Virus record (IMG/VR): IMGVR_UViG_3300031787_000075
Coordinates: 9,533-73,532 of that record
Origin: a virus
Reading direction: 5' to 3' (one strand)
Length of the DNA: 64,000 nucleotides
In this document: positions 35,016 to 45,583 of the stretch, piece after piece
Position numbering within the stretch: position 1 is the first letter of the stretch
Layout: every line of letters starts with the position of its first letter
Program-made: the position numbers and the translations under genes
The notes under the pieces: model-generated
Databases searched by the model: none
The model's input: the letters and a program-made list of their open reading frames with translations, nothing else
Told to the model about the DNA's origin: nothing

Positions 35016-36445
35016 TATTTATTAACTATTAGTTTACAGAATTTACTCGCTCTTGTGATTGAGGTGTATAAAATACGATTTCTTTCCTCTAGGTTAGGAT
35101 TTCTTACTATATCCGCAACATCCACATATACTCTTTCGTATGTGCTGCCTTGGCTTTTATGTGCTGTAATAGCATAGGCGTAGCTGTAATCGATGAAAAA
35201 GTCTTTGGCTTTATAAAATTGCATCCAAAACCATTTTCTCTTTATTGGAGGCGCAAACTTGGCTGAATTAACCAATGAGTTTAATATCTTCTTGTAGGCA
35301 TCCTTTTGGTCTTCCCTCAAAATATGTATATCCATCTCCACGTCTTTATTGGCATCAAAATCAAAGTATTTAACCTTGGTTTCATAGCCCCAAACCTCTG
35401 TTTCGATATGCTCATTAGTAGAAAATGCCTTTTCCTTGAAACTTAAAACCATCATTTCTGTGTTAGAGTTCAACAATATTTTCTCTCCCTCCATTACTGG
35501 CTTATTGTTGATAATCAACTCGCCTTCAATTAGCTGTTTTAAGTCTATGCTAGGCAGCTTATGGTAAAATCCCCTTATAATCCTGTTCCAAGAATCTACC
35601 TGAACATTTCTGTAAGCTATTACCTTGGCGTATTCAGAATTTGATTTTATTTCTTCGCCACCAAAAACTCGTTTAACCTCATTCTTTAAAGTTTCCTTAC
35701 TCTCAATAAAGGCAGTGTTTATTACCTCTAAGTCGTTTTCGGAATTGAACTGGTTAAAATCTATGTAGCTGCTATTAATATTCTCTCTGACATATATAGA
35801 GCTGGAAAGTATTTTACTTTCATCTGCCTGCCTCATAATCTTAGTTAACTCCAATACCTCAATGCCGTAAAAATCGGGCCTTATAAATGGCTCACAATCC
35901 ACCTTACCAACTGGAGGAATCTGTTTAGGATCTCCCATGAAAATTATTTTAATGATGTGGCTGCCCCCAAACCTATGGTTAGAACTATTCTTCTTTGGGT
36001 CAATAGCCTCCAATAAGTCGTAAAACAATTCATCATTAAGCATTGAAACCTCGTCAATAACTACAATGTCGTAATTGCCAATCTCAACATTTTTTCCCGG
36101 CAGAAACAATTCGTTGCCATCATCGTCATAGCTAACCTTTACCCCTAATAATTTGTGAATGGTGGAAAAGTCTAATATGTCTTTAGCTTCCTCTGGAGTC
36201 GATTTCTTTAAAACCGTAACAGCTTTATTGGTTGGTGCTGTCAAACATATCTTTTTCCTCTTATTCTTATTTTTAAAGTATTGAAGGCATCTAACAATGG
36301 TATATGTCTTACCTGTGCCTGCAAACCCCTTTAAGCATATCAACTGCCTGTTAGGGTCTTCCAAAAATTCAACTAGGCCATTGAAAGCCTTATTTTGGTC
36401 CTCATTTAAACCACCGCTATAATCCTCTTTATTCACCTCTTTCAT
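35015..36445 (-). CDS. SF1 DNA helicase (Dda/RecD-like)
   Basis: 'GFAGTGKT', 'APTNKAV', 'TIHKLLG', 'IDEVSM', 'GDPKQIPPV', 'YAITAHKSQGSTY', 'YTSITRA'. Confidence 0.92.
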   Translation of the reverse strand: MKEVNKEDYSGGLNEDQNKAFNGLVEFLEDPNRQLICLKGFAGTGKTYTIVRCLQYFKNKNKRKKICLTAPTNKAVTVLKKSTPEEAKDILDFSTIHKLLGVKVSYDDDGNELFLPGKNVEIGNYDIVVIDEVSMLNDELFYDLLEAIDPKKNSSNHRFGGSHIIKIIFMGDPKQIPPVGKVDCEPFIRPDFYGIEVLELTKIMRQADESKILSSSIYVRENINSSYIDFNQFNSENDLEVINTAFIESKETLKNEVKRVFGGEEIKSNSEYAKVIAYRNVQVDSWNRIIRGFYHKLPSIDLKQLIEGELIINNKPVMEGEKILLNSNTEMMVLSFKEKAFSTNEHIETEVWGYETKVKYFDFDANKDVEMDIHILREDQKDAYKKILNSLVNSAKFAPPIKRKWFWMQFYKAKDFFIDYSYAYAITAHKSQGSTYERVYVDVADIVRNPNLEERNRILYTSITRASKFCKLIVNK

Positions 36446-36461
36446 TTCTGTACTAAATTAG

Positions 36462-36485
36462 ATAGGGGAGCATGAACTCCCCTAT
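36462..36485. terminator. Hairpin terminator
   Basis: ATAGGGGAG-CATGAA-CTCCCCTAT between recT and the helicase gene. Confidence 0.55.
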
Positions 36486-36487
36486 TT

Positions 36488-37795
36488 TTATGAATTAATA
36501 AACCTTTCTACAATTACAGATGGAGCGTTGTCCAAAAAGTCTTGGAAATCTTTGTAGCCATTAGTTATGGCAAAGGTTTCCCCAACAACGCTGTCCTTGC
36601 CTGCCTTAGAAATTAACTCCAATACATAGCCGCTACCATCAAAATCCCTTGGCGCTTCCGGAATGGCCATTTCAGATGTTTGAGGAATTTCACTTGCTTC
36701 TGCAGGCACTTTTTGTTCTAATTCAGGAAACACAACCTGCCCAAAATGGTCTAAGCATAAAGCCTTGTATCCGCTGCCATTTGGCTTCATATACATTAGA
36801 ATGATGCCCGCAATCCTTAACGTGGATTTTGTTTTGGTAAACTCCAAAAAATTTGTAAGGCTGTCAAAACCTTGTTTCTTAAACTCTTGGTTTAGGTAGT
36901 CTAAAACAGCATCCTTGTTTTTTGAAATAAATTCTACAACGCTTTCATCAGTCAATGCCTCTAGCTTGTTTTCAAATGATGGCTCCTGAATTTTGGTTTC
37001 AACAACCTTTGGTTCCTGGACCGGAGGCGCTACCTCTTCTTTTTTAGGTTCAGTCTTTTTTTCTGCGGCAGTAGCGGTCCTGCTTCTAGAAGCACTTTTT
37101 AAAGCTGCATCCTCCATTTTCTCTTGAACACTTAAATCGGCATTGGTGGATACTTGAACGCCTGTATTAGTAACAGCTTCCACTTTCAGGCTTTCTTTGC
37201 CATAATCTTCTGCCTCCTCTAGCGTAACCATACCTTGTAAAACATCAGGAAAAAGGTCACGACATAGGAAGCCTAGCGCCCTGTACTTTAACATTCTCTT
37301 AGGGTACTTGTACCATGCAGAATACTTTAGATTTCCGTTTCTGCTTGCGGCTTCATCAGTAATCCAAAGCCCTGCTCTTTTAGCCTCTAAAATAGTGAAA
37401 GTGGCAGTCTTAGTTTCCTTGGTGTCTTTTCTTGAAGCTGTAATTTTAAAGCCAAAATTATCTCCTTGGCCAACCTCTTCTTCCACCCACTTGTCACATA
37501 GGCCCGAAGACATAATTAACGCCTTGGCTCCATCTCCTTTAATTGACAAGGTATTGTTTACTGGAACAATTTGTTGAATGGCTTGAAGGTCTGACATACC
37601 AACTTCTTTTCCCATTTGAATAACCAATAAACAGGCTTGTGCAGAACCATCTTTTGGTTTTCCATTTTCGTAATAATGCTTTGGAAGCATACCCGACTTT
37701 ACTAATCCTTCTGCATACACTAATGCAGATTTTAGGCTCTCTAAAGCCTTCTCTACAAACCCTAATTGGGGCTTACTTGATTTTGCTAACTCCAT
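36488..37795 (-). CDS. RecT-like single-strand annealing protein
   Basis: 'SGMLPKHY', 'G.EVGM...QAIQQI..VN', 'FTILEAKRAGLW', 'W.KYPKRMLKYRALGFLCRDLFPDVLQGM..LEE', plus a long C-terminal extension. Confidence 0.85.
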   Translation of the reverse strand: MELAKSSKPQLGFVEKALESLKSALVYAEGLVKSGMLPKHYYENGKPKDGSAQACLLVIQMGKEVGMSDLQAIQQIVPVNNTLSIKGDGAKALIMSSGLCDKWVEEEVGQGDNFGFKITASRKDTKETKTATFTILEAKRAGLWITDEAASRNGNLKYSAWYKYPKRMLKYRALGFLCRDLFPDVLQGMVTLEEAEDYGKESLKVEAVTNTGVQVSTNADLSVQEKMEDAALKSASRSRTATAAEKKTEPKKEEVAPPVQEPKVVETKIQEPSFENKLEALTDESVVEFISKNKDAVLDYLNQEFKKQGFDSLTNFLEFTKTKSTLRIAGIILMYMKPNGSGYKALCLDHFGQVVFPELEQKVPAEASEIPQTSEMAIPEAPRDFDGSGYVLELISKAGKDSVVGETFAITNGYKDFQDFLDNAPSVIVERFINS

Positions 37796-38093
37796 GTTTT
37801 TTATTTAAAATTTTCTTGTTTTTCTTGCTTGCAATGACAATTCCTTTTCTTACCACATACTGATTTAGTAGTCCTTGGCTCAAATACGCCTTAATTCTTT
37901 CTCCAGTATCCATTTTGGTTGACTTGTCTTTGTCAACCATTATGTACTTACCAGATCCAATATACATTAAATCGTTTTTGCCTGACACCACTAAATCACC
38001 TAACTGTCGGTCTTTATGGAAAGGCATATCAATTTTGATAATAGGCTTCCTGCTGAAAGTTCTAATACCCCAAAACCAAATCCTTTTTATCAT
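37773..38093 (-). CDS. Hypothetical protein
   Basis: Overlaps both neighbours. Confidence 0.45.
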   Translation of the reverse strand: MIKRIWFWGIRTFSRKPIIKIDMPFHKDRQLGDLVVSGKNDLMYIGSGKYIMVDKDKSTKMDTGERIKAYLSQGLLNQYVVRKGIVIASKKNKKILNKKHGVSKIK

Positions 38094-38389
38094 AGCTGTG
38101 TTAATGATTGGCCTTGGAAACTCATATACACTTTACCCTCCTTTGAACTGCCTCTATAAGTAACCGTAACCATGTAGTTCTTACCAGCTTTTACCATGGC
38201 AGGAATGTGAGAGTTTTGGCCAACGAAATCTACGGCCACAAATTGAAATCGGTCTTTTTCAGGAACCCTAAAAATAACCTTTCTTAAAGGAATACTTGTT
38301 TGTCTTCCAATATCCTTTAAATCATCTACTGATACGGCTTCTGCCACAAAACTAAAACTATCGTTTGCTAAATTTACTTGTTGATTCAT
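38090..38389 (-). CDS. OB-fold SSB-like protein (DUF3127-like)
   Basis: 'QFVAVDF.G....V..G..Y.VTV.YRG...GKVY.SFQG'; start moved to MNQQV, downstream of the promoter. Confidence 0.55.
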   Translation of the reverse strand: MNQQVNLANDSFSFVAEAVSVDDLKDIGRQTSIPLRKVIFRVPEKDRFQFVAVDFVGQNSHIPAMVKAGKNYMVTVTYRGSSKEGKVYMSFQGQSLTQL

Positions 38390-38393
38390 ATTA

Positions 38394-38423
38394 CAAAAAT
38401 ATAGGTTTTTACAATATTTCAAA
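38394..38423 (-). promoter_or_regulatory. Bacteroidota promoter (TTTG-N18-TATTTTTG)
   Basis: Both elements match consensus; 4 nt from ATG 38389. Confidence 0.65.
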
Positions 38424-38424
38424 A

Positions 38425-38877
38425 TTAAAATGGCAAATCATCTTCCGGTTCTGAATTTGGAACCAATGATGGCTGTGTTGTTGGATTATCAACCACATAT
38501 TCAGAAGCCTTATTTTCTTGCTGTGGCTTTTGAGAATCGTCTTTCTTGCTGTCTAGCAATAAGATTTCTGAAACCCTTAACTCTAAAATAGCCTCTGCAA
38601 CATTGTTTTTATTCATGTACGCTCTGGCAGAAGCTTTGCCCTCAACCATTACATGAGTGCCTTTTTTTAGAAACTGCGTTATGGCTTGACTCTCATTTTG
38701 ACCAAAAAACTTAGAGCAACTAACCCAAGTGGTTTGCTGCTTTTTCTCTCCAGTCTTTGAATCCTTCCACACCTCTGTTGTGGCAACACTAAAGTTTAGG
38801 ACCACACTTCCGCTTGTTAGCGTTTTTAGGTCGGCATCACCTCCAAGGTGGCCAACAATTCTTAATACATTTCTCAT
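38425..38877 (-). CDS. ssb: Single-stranded DNA-binding protein
   Basis: 'IVGHLGGDA', 'NFSVATTE.WKD', 'LKKGT.V.VEG', C-terminal 'DDLPF'. Confidence 0.95.
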   Translation of the reverse strand: MRNVLRIVGHLGGDADLKTLTSGSVVLNFSVATTEVWKDSKTGEKKQQTTWVSCSKFFGQNESQAITQFLKKGTHVMVEGKASARAYMNKNNVAEAILELRVSEILLLDSKKDDSQKPQQENKASEYVVDNPTTQPSLVPNSEPEDDLPF

Positions 38878-39365
38878 TTTGTTTCCTTTATTTTTTTACA
38901 ATAATTTGCTATTAATAGGGCATCGGCCATGTCGTTGGTGATTTTGATTTTTGGCCATAACTGCTCTGCCCTTTGTTTTAGGTTTCTCTTATGGTCGGTT
39001 TGGCTTTCGGTTTTGGCATCTTTCTTTATTCCATAATACTTCTGCCATGTTTGAGGAACATAAAACTCGGATGGTATGTATGTGGCAGTTAAGAAAGCTT
39101 TTAACTTGCCATTATTCTCTCCAAAAACAAACATGGTTTGAGCGCCCATTTTCCTTGCCTCTCCATCTTCTCCTTTGGCAGGCATGGCCCAAACCTTTTC
39201 CATGACAGCAAAACAATCGTACTTGAATGACAATGCGCTCAAAAACTCATAGATTTCTTGGTCTGTTGCCTTGGCAAATCTTAGGTAAGTTATTTCACCG
39301 CTTTCTGTTATAGCCGCTATCGCTCCACTTGCTCCAGGGTCTATTCCTATATAGCACTTTTCCAT
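38874..39365 (-). CDS. RuvC-like Holliday junction resolvase
   Basis: 'IGIDPGASGAIA', 'MEKV', 'PQTWQK', 'ADALLIA'. Confidence 0.85.
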   Translation of the reverse strand: MEKCYIGIDPGASGAIAAITESGEITYLRFAKATDQEIYEFLSALSFKYDCFAVMEKVWAMPAKGEDGEARKMGAQTMFVFGENNGKLKAFLTATYIPSEFYVPQTWQKYYGIKKDAKTESQTDHKRNLKQRAEQLWPKIKITNDMADALLIANYCKKIKETK

Positions 39366-40249
39366 TAAAATTCTGCGTTTTCGTCAATGATTTTAGAAAT
39401 AGAAGCTGCGATTAGAGTTCTTACGTCTTCACTCAATTTGCCATCAAGGACAAATGAATACCCTGCATACGAAAATGTTTGATTTTGTTGGATCATTGGT
39501 GCGGTATGAGCGCTTGTTGAACCCGGTATTGGATTTCTAACTTGTTCTGCAGGAAGAGTATCTTTTGGCGTATGAGGATAAACCGAATGTCCGTTTTGAT
39601 AAACATCAGGTATGGTTTTAACACTTTCTTGTGTCAACTCCTCTTCTTCAAACTGCACCTCCTGAATTTGCTCTAATTCAGCTTTTTCAGCCTCCTCCTC
39701 TTTCTTCTTTTGGGCCAAGGCAGCCTCTAAAGCAATCTTATGACTAGAAATGGCAGATTTTAACGCGCTTACGTTTTGATTGATTTCATCCTTAAACTCT
39801 TCGCCATCATAGGTGAACTCCCAATTAATCAAATCCTGCTCCATTTGATTTAATTCATCGATTTCTGTTTTCTGAAACACAGATATTAACCTGTTTTTTA
39901 AACCTTCGATAACTTTCTTATGCTTATCCACCCTCTCTTTTTCAATATTCTCTATTGCCTGAACATTTTTCTGTATTTCATCTTCGACCGGCTTGATTAC
40001 GGCAACCAATTCTGTTTCTCGCTCGTCATTAATCTTTTTGGCCTTGTTTAAAGCATCTTTGTTGGCTTTAGCAATTCTCTGTATCTCCAATCTCTTTCGA
40101 TACAATACAAGGCGCTTTTCATTCATTTCCTTGCAATTGTCTGCAGTAACTACTAATCCCCTAAAATCCTTTACAAACTCTTGTAATTCGGATTTTTGTT
40201 GTTCGAACGGAGTTAATACAACTAACTCCTTTTTTTCTTCATTGTTCAT
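39365..40249 (-). CDS. Coiled-coil protein (DUF1351-like)
   Basis: Long heptad pattern; adjacent to the YqaJ exonuclease. Confidence 0.5.
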   Translation of the reverse strand: MNNEEKKELVVLTPFEQQKSELQEFVKDFRGLVVTADNCKEMNEKRLVLYRKRLEIQRIAKANKDALNKAKKINDERETELVAVIKPVEDEIQKNVQAIENIEKERVDKHKKVIEGLKNRLISVFQKTEIDELNQMEQDLINWEFTYDGEEFKDEINQNVSALKSAISSHKIALEAALAQKKKEEEAEKAELEQIQEVQFEEEELTQESVKTIPDVYQNGHSVYPHTPKDTLPAEQVRNPIPGSTSAHTAPMIQQNQTFSYAGYSFVLDGKLSEDVRTLIAASISKIIDENAEF

Positions 40250-40259
40250 ATATGTTTAA

Positions 40260-41399
40260 TTAAAGGTTGTTCAATATCTGTGATACCAATCTCTTGGCTT
40301 TGGCCTGAATTTCTTCCAACGACTCTCCTTTTGGTTTGGCTTTAAAACCAACAAAATCTAATGTGTGGGTCTTTCCGTTTCCTTTTATGTAATACCTTAA
40401 TTTACCATCGCTGCCTGCATCCATATACTCTATACCTCTTAGGGCAAATTCTCTTCTTATTTGGTTCTCAAAAGCATCTATTTCAGCCTGAATTTCTTTG
40501 ACAGCTGCGGTTAGCTTAACCCTAGATATGGCATTTTCATATACATCTTCCGGCATCTTTTCCAGCTCTTTTTGTTTCTGAAACTTCTCGCTGTAAAACT
40601 TTTTGTATAAAGGATTTTCATCAGGCAATGGCAAAATAGAGTCGATATGACTTTGTATCTTTTCCTTTTCTGAATAAGGTGCATTTTCTTTTGTAAACAC
40701 AAGTTTCTTTACGGTTTCAATTGTATTCCAAGCCTCTTCACTCTTCTCCAAAATTATATTTACTATAACCTGGCTTAACTCTAATGGTTGAACTATAAAT
40801 TCTGTTCCATTTTTTAGCATGGCAAATTCGCAATACTCCACGCCAAAAATCATCATTTCTTGATTGGCCTGAAAAATGTATTGAGGAGGAACACCACTAA
40901 CCCACTTGTCGTTATGGAACCCTGAAATAATCTTTGACTCTACCGGAAATCCTATTGGCATTTGTTCGGCAGTTATAAGGTTAATAGAACCAGGTAGCGC
41001 CCAACCATCTGTACTTGTAAATAGTCTTGGATACTTTTTATTGGTCATGTAGCCGCTGAATTGGCTCATTTCGCGTATAATCTTATTCGCTACATAATTT
41101 TCTACCCATGACCTGCCATTTCCATCCCAATGCTTCCAACGCCTCAAAATACCTGCCTCTGCTAATAAACCCGCTACCATGCTTTCGTTCATGACATTTT
41201 CCTGCCTTAAACCTACCTTTTCCTCAATTAACTGTGGCAATATCTTCCATTCCGAAGCCCCAGTCACAACACCTATCTCGGATGCGCCAAAACCTCTATT
41301 TCTGAACTCAAACCACTCCTTAGAATGGGTTTTAATGTTGTAATGTGTGCAATCAGGGTTTAATCTCCATGGCTTGCCCTCAAATTTTGTCTGTGTCAT
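40260..41399 (-). CDS. YqaJ-like (lambda-type) exonuclease
   Basis: 'EWFEFRNRGFGASEIG', 'TSTDG', 'VESK', 'VPPQYIFQ'. Confidence 0.85.
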   Translation of the reverse strand: MTQTKFEGKPWRLNPDCTHYNIKTHSKEWFEFRNRGFGASEIGVVTGASEWKILPQLIEEKVGLRQENVMNESMVAGLLAEAGILRRWKHWDGNGRSWVENYVANKIIREMSQFSGYMTNKKYPRLFTSTDGWALPGSINLITAEQMPIGFPVESKIISGFHNDKWVSGVPPQYIFQANQEMMIFGVEYCEFAMLKNGTEFIVQPLELSQVIVNIILEKSEEAWNTIETVKKLVFTKENAPYSEKEKIQSHIDSILPLPDENPLYKKFYSEKFQKQKELEKMPEDVYENAISRVKLTAAVKEIQAEIDAFENQIRREFALRGIEYMDAGSDGKLRYYIKGNGKTHTLDFVGFKAKPKGESLEEIQAKAKRLVSQILNNL

Positions 41400-41746
41400 A
41401 ATTTGTAATCCTCAATATCTTTAATTTTAATCATTTGTTCCTTGATCCATTCCAATTCCTTTTTTTGAATAGGCATTAAAACATCTCTTTGCCCAATCTT
41501 AAATTGGTCCATCTTATTAACTACCATTTCTGCCATCGCTAAAAAGTCCATATTTATAACTCTAGCCCTTTCCAATGCAGAAGCAACCTGCTCCAACAAC
41601 TCTTCTTGTGATGCTATTTTTTTGTATTGAGAATTGCCCGGTCTTTGGCTTATCGGAAAGTCTTGCTTCCTTTTTTTAGCCATGTCCACTATTTCAGTTC
41701 TAAATCTCTCAATCAAATCTAATGTTATGTCGGTTTTAGCTGCCAT
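41396..41746 (-). CDS. Hypothetical protein
   Basis: 116-aa helical ORF. Confidence 0.5.
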   Translation of the reverse strand: MAAKTDITLDLIERFRTEIVDMAKKRKQDFPISQRPGNSQYKKIASQEELLEQVASALERARVINMDFLAMAEMVVNKMDQFKIGQRDVLMPIQKKELEWIKEQMIKIKDIEDYKL

Positions 41747-41749
41747 ATC

Positions 41750-43804
41750 TTAAAAAGGTAAATTATCTGGGTCATCGTCAAAGTGAAATCCATCGTCTTT
41801 TTCATCTTGCTTTGGATTGTCAAGTAGTGGCGTATCTAGTTTTGCGCTCTTATGGGTTTTCTCTTCCACCGTTTTTGCAAAATCATCATTAGCCTCTAAC
41901 TTGTAGTAATCAGGAATGTCGTAAACAAATGTTTCAGCATGCTTCCAATCCATAAACATTTCAAAATCTCCCTCCTCTCCTATTTCTGCTTGCTTAATCT
42001 TGTTTACAATTACTTGGGTAGGAAAAGTATTATCTCTGACCTCTTTGTAAACTGGTCTGTTACCCATTTTGCCAATCTCTATTTTCTTGTATTTCTGCCT
42101 ATGGATGGTAAGTCCTAAATCTGCTTTTTCGTACCATGCAGAACTTCCTTTTACATTGTATAGATCTGGTGGTTCATAATTTCTACTGCCCTTTATTCTC
42201 TCTAATTTGGTTGGATGGGCAATAATGCCTCCAAAAAGGTCTAAATCTCTATTAAAATCCAAAACCCTATCTAATTGCTTTGAAACAAATTGTTCATCGC
42301 TTTGGCCATTAGGTTTTTGGTGGTCTATTTTATTCCAAGCATCCACGCAATACCCAAAAATATTGTATTGAAGCTTTAGGGTTTCTAGGTAATAAAATAA
42401 CGCATCCAAACTCTTTACTCCTTGTTGGCCTTGGCTTATTTTGGCAATTAACTCTTGGTTTCTATAATCAGGCTTAATAAGGTAAAAATGCTCCCTAACG
42501 AAATCTTTAGCACGTCTTCTCTGAACCTCTGACATAGACCATGGTTTATTTCTTTCCCATTTAGCACCACAAGTTATTTCGGCAATTTTAGCTATTTCCC
42601 GCTCTTCGGGCCTACTATCAGGAACAAACAAACCCCATTTAACACCATTCTTTATTGATTGTTGGGTCATGTACCACCTCCAAAAAGATGTTTTACCCAT
42701 ACCCGGTATTCCTGTAATAACTCCTAGATACGGCCTTTTTAAACTTATGTACTTATCTACTCCGTTTTCATGCTCTTTTTCTCCCAATATTAAACCTCTC
42801 TGAAATCCTTGCAAGGAAAGTTCTTCCAACTTAGATTCCATCATGTCAAAGGTTACAATTCCTCCTACCGGAAATGGTTTCGCGTTCTCAAAACATTGAA
42901 TTACGCCTTCTTTTCCAAGGCCCTGCAGTTCCTTTTTCTTTTCGCCTGCATGAACCTCGTTTATATCTTTTCTGCCGCTATAAGTAATGATGTAGCATTT
43001 TGATTTACCTATAATACTGGCCAACTCTTCGCGCATCCTTATCCCTGGACCATCATCATCTAGTGCTAAAAAAACTCTTTTAGCTTTGGCATAGACATTC
43101 TCTATAACCCATGGGTCTTTGGCAAAGTCAAGTTTATCATCAATGCTAACTACATTTTCATTTATGGCTCCATTGGGAACGCTCAATATGTTTTTAAATC
43201 CGGCTTCATCCCATGTCATTGCATCTATTTCGCCTTCTGAAATAATTAGGTCCTGACATTCTTGGAAATCTAGCAAATGCAATCCCCAGTAACAAACCTT
43301 GGCTCCATCCTCCTTTTTCATCTGCCAATTTTTGGAGCAATAGTTTTCCTCTCCTTTAGAATCAATTACTTTAATGTCGTATTCTAATCTCCTAAATTTG
43401 ACATTGACTAACGACCCTCTATAAAAGTATGGAAATCCAACCTGCCCATATTTTTCACCTTTAGATGTCCAAGCCGGTATCTCGTATAGCAACCATTTTT
43501 TAGCTGTGTTAACTGAAATCTTCTTGGGAGAAAGCAGCATATTAACCGTATCCACACCATAGATTTGAGGAGTTTCTGCAGGAAATCTTGACTTTATTCT
43601 TACGGTTTCATACTTCTCGTAGGATTCTAGGTTTCCAGAAAAATTACAATGCTGACATTTGAACCAATTATTGTTCGGCTCCGAATTAACGGTTAGGCAT
43701 GGAACCTTACTTTTCTTTCTGTCCTTGCTGCATTTTGGGCAAGTAGTATAAAACCTTCCGGTCTTGCCTTTGGTTTCTATGCCTAGGCTTTCAAAAGTGG
43801 TCAT
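41750..43804 (-). CDS. Bifunctional primase-helicase (T7 gp4/Twinkle-like)
   Basis: Zn finger CPKC..CQHC, TOPRIM 'SEGEIDA...SVPNGA...DDDGPG', Walker A 'GIPGMGKT', 'IAHPTK', 'GSSAWYEKAD', C-terminal acidic 'LPF'. Confidence 0.92.
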   Translation of the reverse strand: MTTFESLGIETKGKTGRFYTTCPKCSKDRKKSKVPCLTVNSEPNNNWFKCQHCNFSGNLESYEKYETVRIKSRFPAETPQIYGVDTVNMLLSPKKISVNTAKKWLLYEIPAWTSKGEKYGQVGFPYFYRGSLVNVKFRRLEYDIKVIDSKGEENYCSKNWQMKKEDGAKVCYWGLHLLDFQECQDLIISEGEIDAMTWDEAGFKNILSVPNGAINENVVSIDDKLDFAKDPWVIENVYAKAKRVFLALDDDGPGIRMREELASIIGKSKCYIITYSGRKDINEVHAGEKKKELQGLGKEGVIQCFENAKPFPVGGIVTFDMMESKLEELSLQGFQRGLILGEKEHENGVDKYISLKRPYLGVITGIPGMGKTSFWRWYMTQQSIKNGVKWGLFVPDSRPEEREIAKIAEITCGAKWERNKPWSMSEVQRRRAKDFVREHFYLIKPDYRNQELIAKISQGQQGVKSLDALFYYLETLKLQYNIFGYCVDAWNKIDHQKPNGQSDEQFVSKQLDRVLDFNRDLDLFGGIIAHPTKLERIKGSRNYEPPDLYNVKGSSAWYEKADLGLTIHRQKYKKIEIGKMGNRPVYKEVRDNTFPTQVIVNKIKQAEIGEEGDFEMFMDWKHAETFVYDIPDYYKLEANDDFAKTVEEKTHKSAKLDTPLLDNPKQDEKDDGFHFDDDPDNLPF

Positions 43805-44055
43805 AACAATACCTCCTTTTCGTTTTTATGCTCTACTTTGTATTCTGTCACCAGCTTTGCAATAGAAACTCTTACTCCATTGTATAAAACCTTTCTAATG
43901 CCATTTTTATTTGTAACACTAGCTTTTTTTAATCCCATGAACTTCTTACCAACTTGTCTTGGCAACAAATAAAAGTCTTCACCATCGTAAGCTAAATGGC
44001 TGTATGGCGGCTTAAAACCAACCCTGTAAGTGAATTTTTTATCTGATATAGGCAT
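43801..44055 (-). CDS. Hypothetical basic protein
   Basis: Overlaps both neighbours. Confidence 0.5.
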   Translation of the reverse strand: MPISDKKFTYRVGFKPPYSHLAYDGEDFYLLPRQVGKKFMGLKKASVTNKNGIRKVLYNGVRVSIAKLVTEYKVEHKNEKEVLL

Positions 44056-44825
44056 TACAATAAATTATCTATTAAAACTTTAAATCCGTTGTTAGAAACA
44101 AAATCATAATGGTTCTTGCCTTGACTAACTACATTAGGAGCATAGGTGCAAACCTCTAGCATCCTAGGAACCTGATTAAACTCTGCTATTGCATAAAACA
44201 AGCTTTGGTTTCCTATGTATAATTGGCAGCTTTTAATTAACTCCTCTGCTTCTTTAAGGCTTTTGACATCGTTTTTTATAGCGGCAGGAACATCTTGTTT
44301 AAAAATATTAAACTCTTCGTCTGTGCCAATAAAAACTATGTTGCTGTCAATTTTATTCAGATACGAATAATCAATGTATGGGTTTTGCCATCTCGTGGTT
44401 CTGTTAACCAAAACAAAATTTTCTTTTATTAGTGAGTAATCTGTGTTAAAAAAGAGTTTTCCTGTATTTAGTTCCGGATAAGCAAAAACATACCACTTTC
44501 TGATATCTGAATATGGTATTGCTATTGACTGGCCCAATTCTTTTACATAATCTAAATCCAAACATACTTGTCCATTATATTTTGAAACTTTGATATCCAA
44601 ACCTTCCAACCAATCCTTTATAAATGATATGGCATCATCGTTAATTCCTCCAGGATACAAATGCCCTTCGTCTTTCAGGTTTTTTAGAGCTGAATTATCC
44701 CATAAACAATACTCTAAATCAAAGTCGTGAACCTCTGAATATGCTTTTAGCACCATTACGCTGTAAACCACATCTCCTAGCCTACCGCAATGCTTAACTC
44801 TTAATAATTTCTTAGGTGTGCCCAT
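44055..44825 (-). CDS. GT9-like (heptosyltransferase-fold) glycosyltransferase
   Basis: 'HCGRLGDVVY', 'FIGT..E', 'I..C.LYIGNQS..YAIAE'. Confidence 0.75.
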   Translation of the reverse strand: MGTPKKLLRVKHCGRLGDVVYSVMVLKAYSEVHDFDLEYCLWDNSALKNLKDEGHLYPGGINDDAISFIKDWLEGLDIKVSKYNGQVCLDLDYVKELGQSIAIPYSDIRKWYVFAYPELNTGKLFFNTDYSLIKENFVLVNRTTRWQNPYIDYSYLNKIDSNIVFIGTDEEFNIFKQDVPAAIKNDVKSLKEAEELIKSCQLYIGNQSLFYAIAEFNQVPRMLEVCTYAPNVVSQGKNHYDFVSNNGFKVLIDNLL

Positions 44826-45583
44826 TTCTGTATTAATTTAGGTAAATCTTCGTGAATAGGTGTAGTATCAAATACGTCATGCCATGCCCAAGGATTAAAC
44901 TTATCCATGCCCTTTAGCTTTTTATCGCTATCCATGACGAACACGTCTTCCTGCATGGTTTTGATTTTAGTTGGGTGAATGTATGGGTCACGAACAAATC
45001 CCATGTGGTATATTCTAAGGTGAGGAATACTGGCAGTATTTGTTATTGGCTTTAATGAACCTATGCTTTCGGCATCTCCATGCGCACCATAAATTTTATC
45101 TGATTTAACCAACCTAGTTACTATTGTACTACAAGGCTGTCCATTTTTTGGATGATCTAAATATTGGTATGGCGAACCCCATAAATTAAACCTAGTGAAC
45201 TGGTATTCGTTATACTTGGAATCAGAATCAACTATTCCCCTTAAAACATCGTAGCTGTCTTCATGCAAAATTTCATCTGCTTGCAAGCTAAAAACCCAAT
45301 CGCAATTTCTCATTTTTACTAAATGGTCTATGCCTAAATTGGTGTAATAGCTAAGTCTTAGTTTGCCAATTCTTTTAAAACTATTCCATTCGTAATCGGT
45401 GCAAAATATTCTATCTATGTTTTGAATAGAATTAATAATATCAAATGTTTGGTCCTCGGTTTTGATACAAACCACGCAAACATGGTCGCAAACCTGTTTC
45501 AAGCACTCAATGGCTTGCTGAAATGGGTAATCTAGTTTAACACCATCTCTTATGAACAATACTCCTCCTAATTTATTTTTCAT
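44801..45583 (-). CDS. GT2-like (GT-A fold) glycosyltransferase
   Basis: 'LGG..FIRDG..LDYPF', 'DWVFSLQADEI.HE', 'IYHMGFVR'. Confidence 0.8.
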   Translation of the reverse strand: MKNKLGGVLFIRDGVKLDYPFQQAIECLKQVCDHVCVVCIKTEDQTFDIINSIQNIDRIFCTDYEWNSFKRIGKLRLSYYTNLGIDHLVKMRNCDWVFSLQADEILHEDSYDVLRGIVDSDSKYNEYQFTRFNLWGSPYQYLDHPKNGQPCSTIVTRLVKSDKIYGAHGDAESIGSLKPITNTASIPHLRIYHMGFVRDPYIHPTKIKTMQEDVFVMDSDKKLKGMDKFNPWAWHDVFDTTPIHEDLPKLIQKWAHLRNY

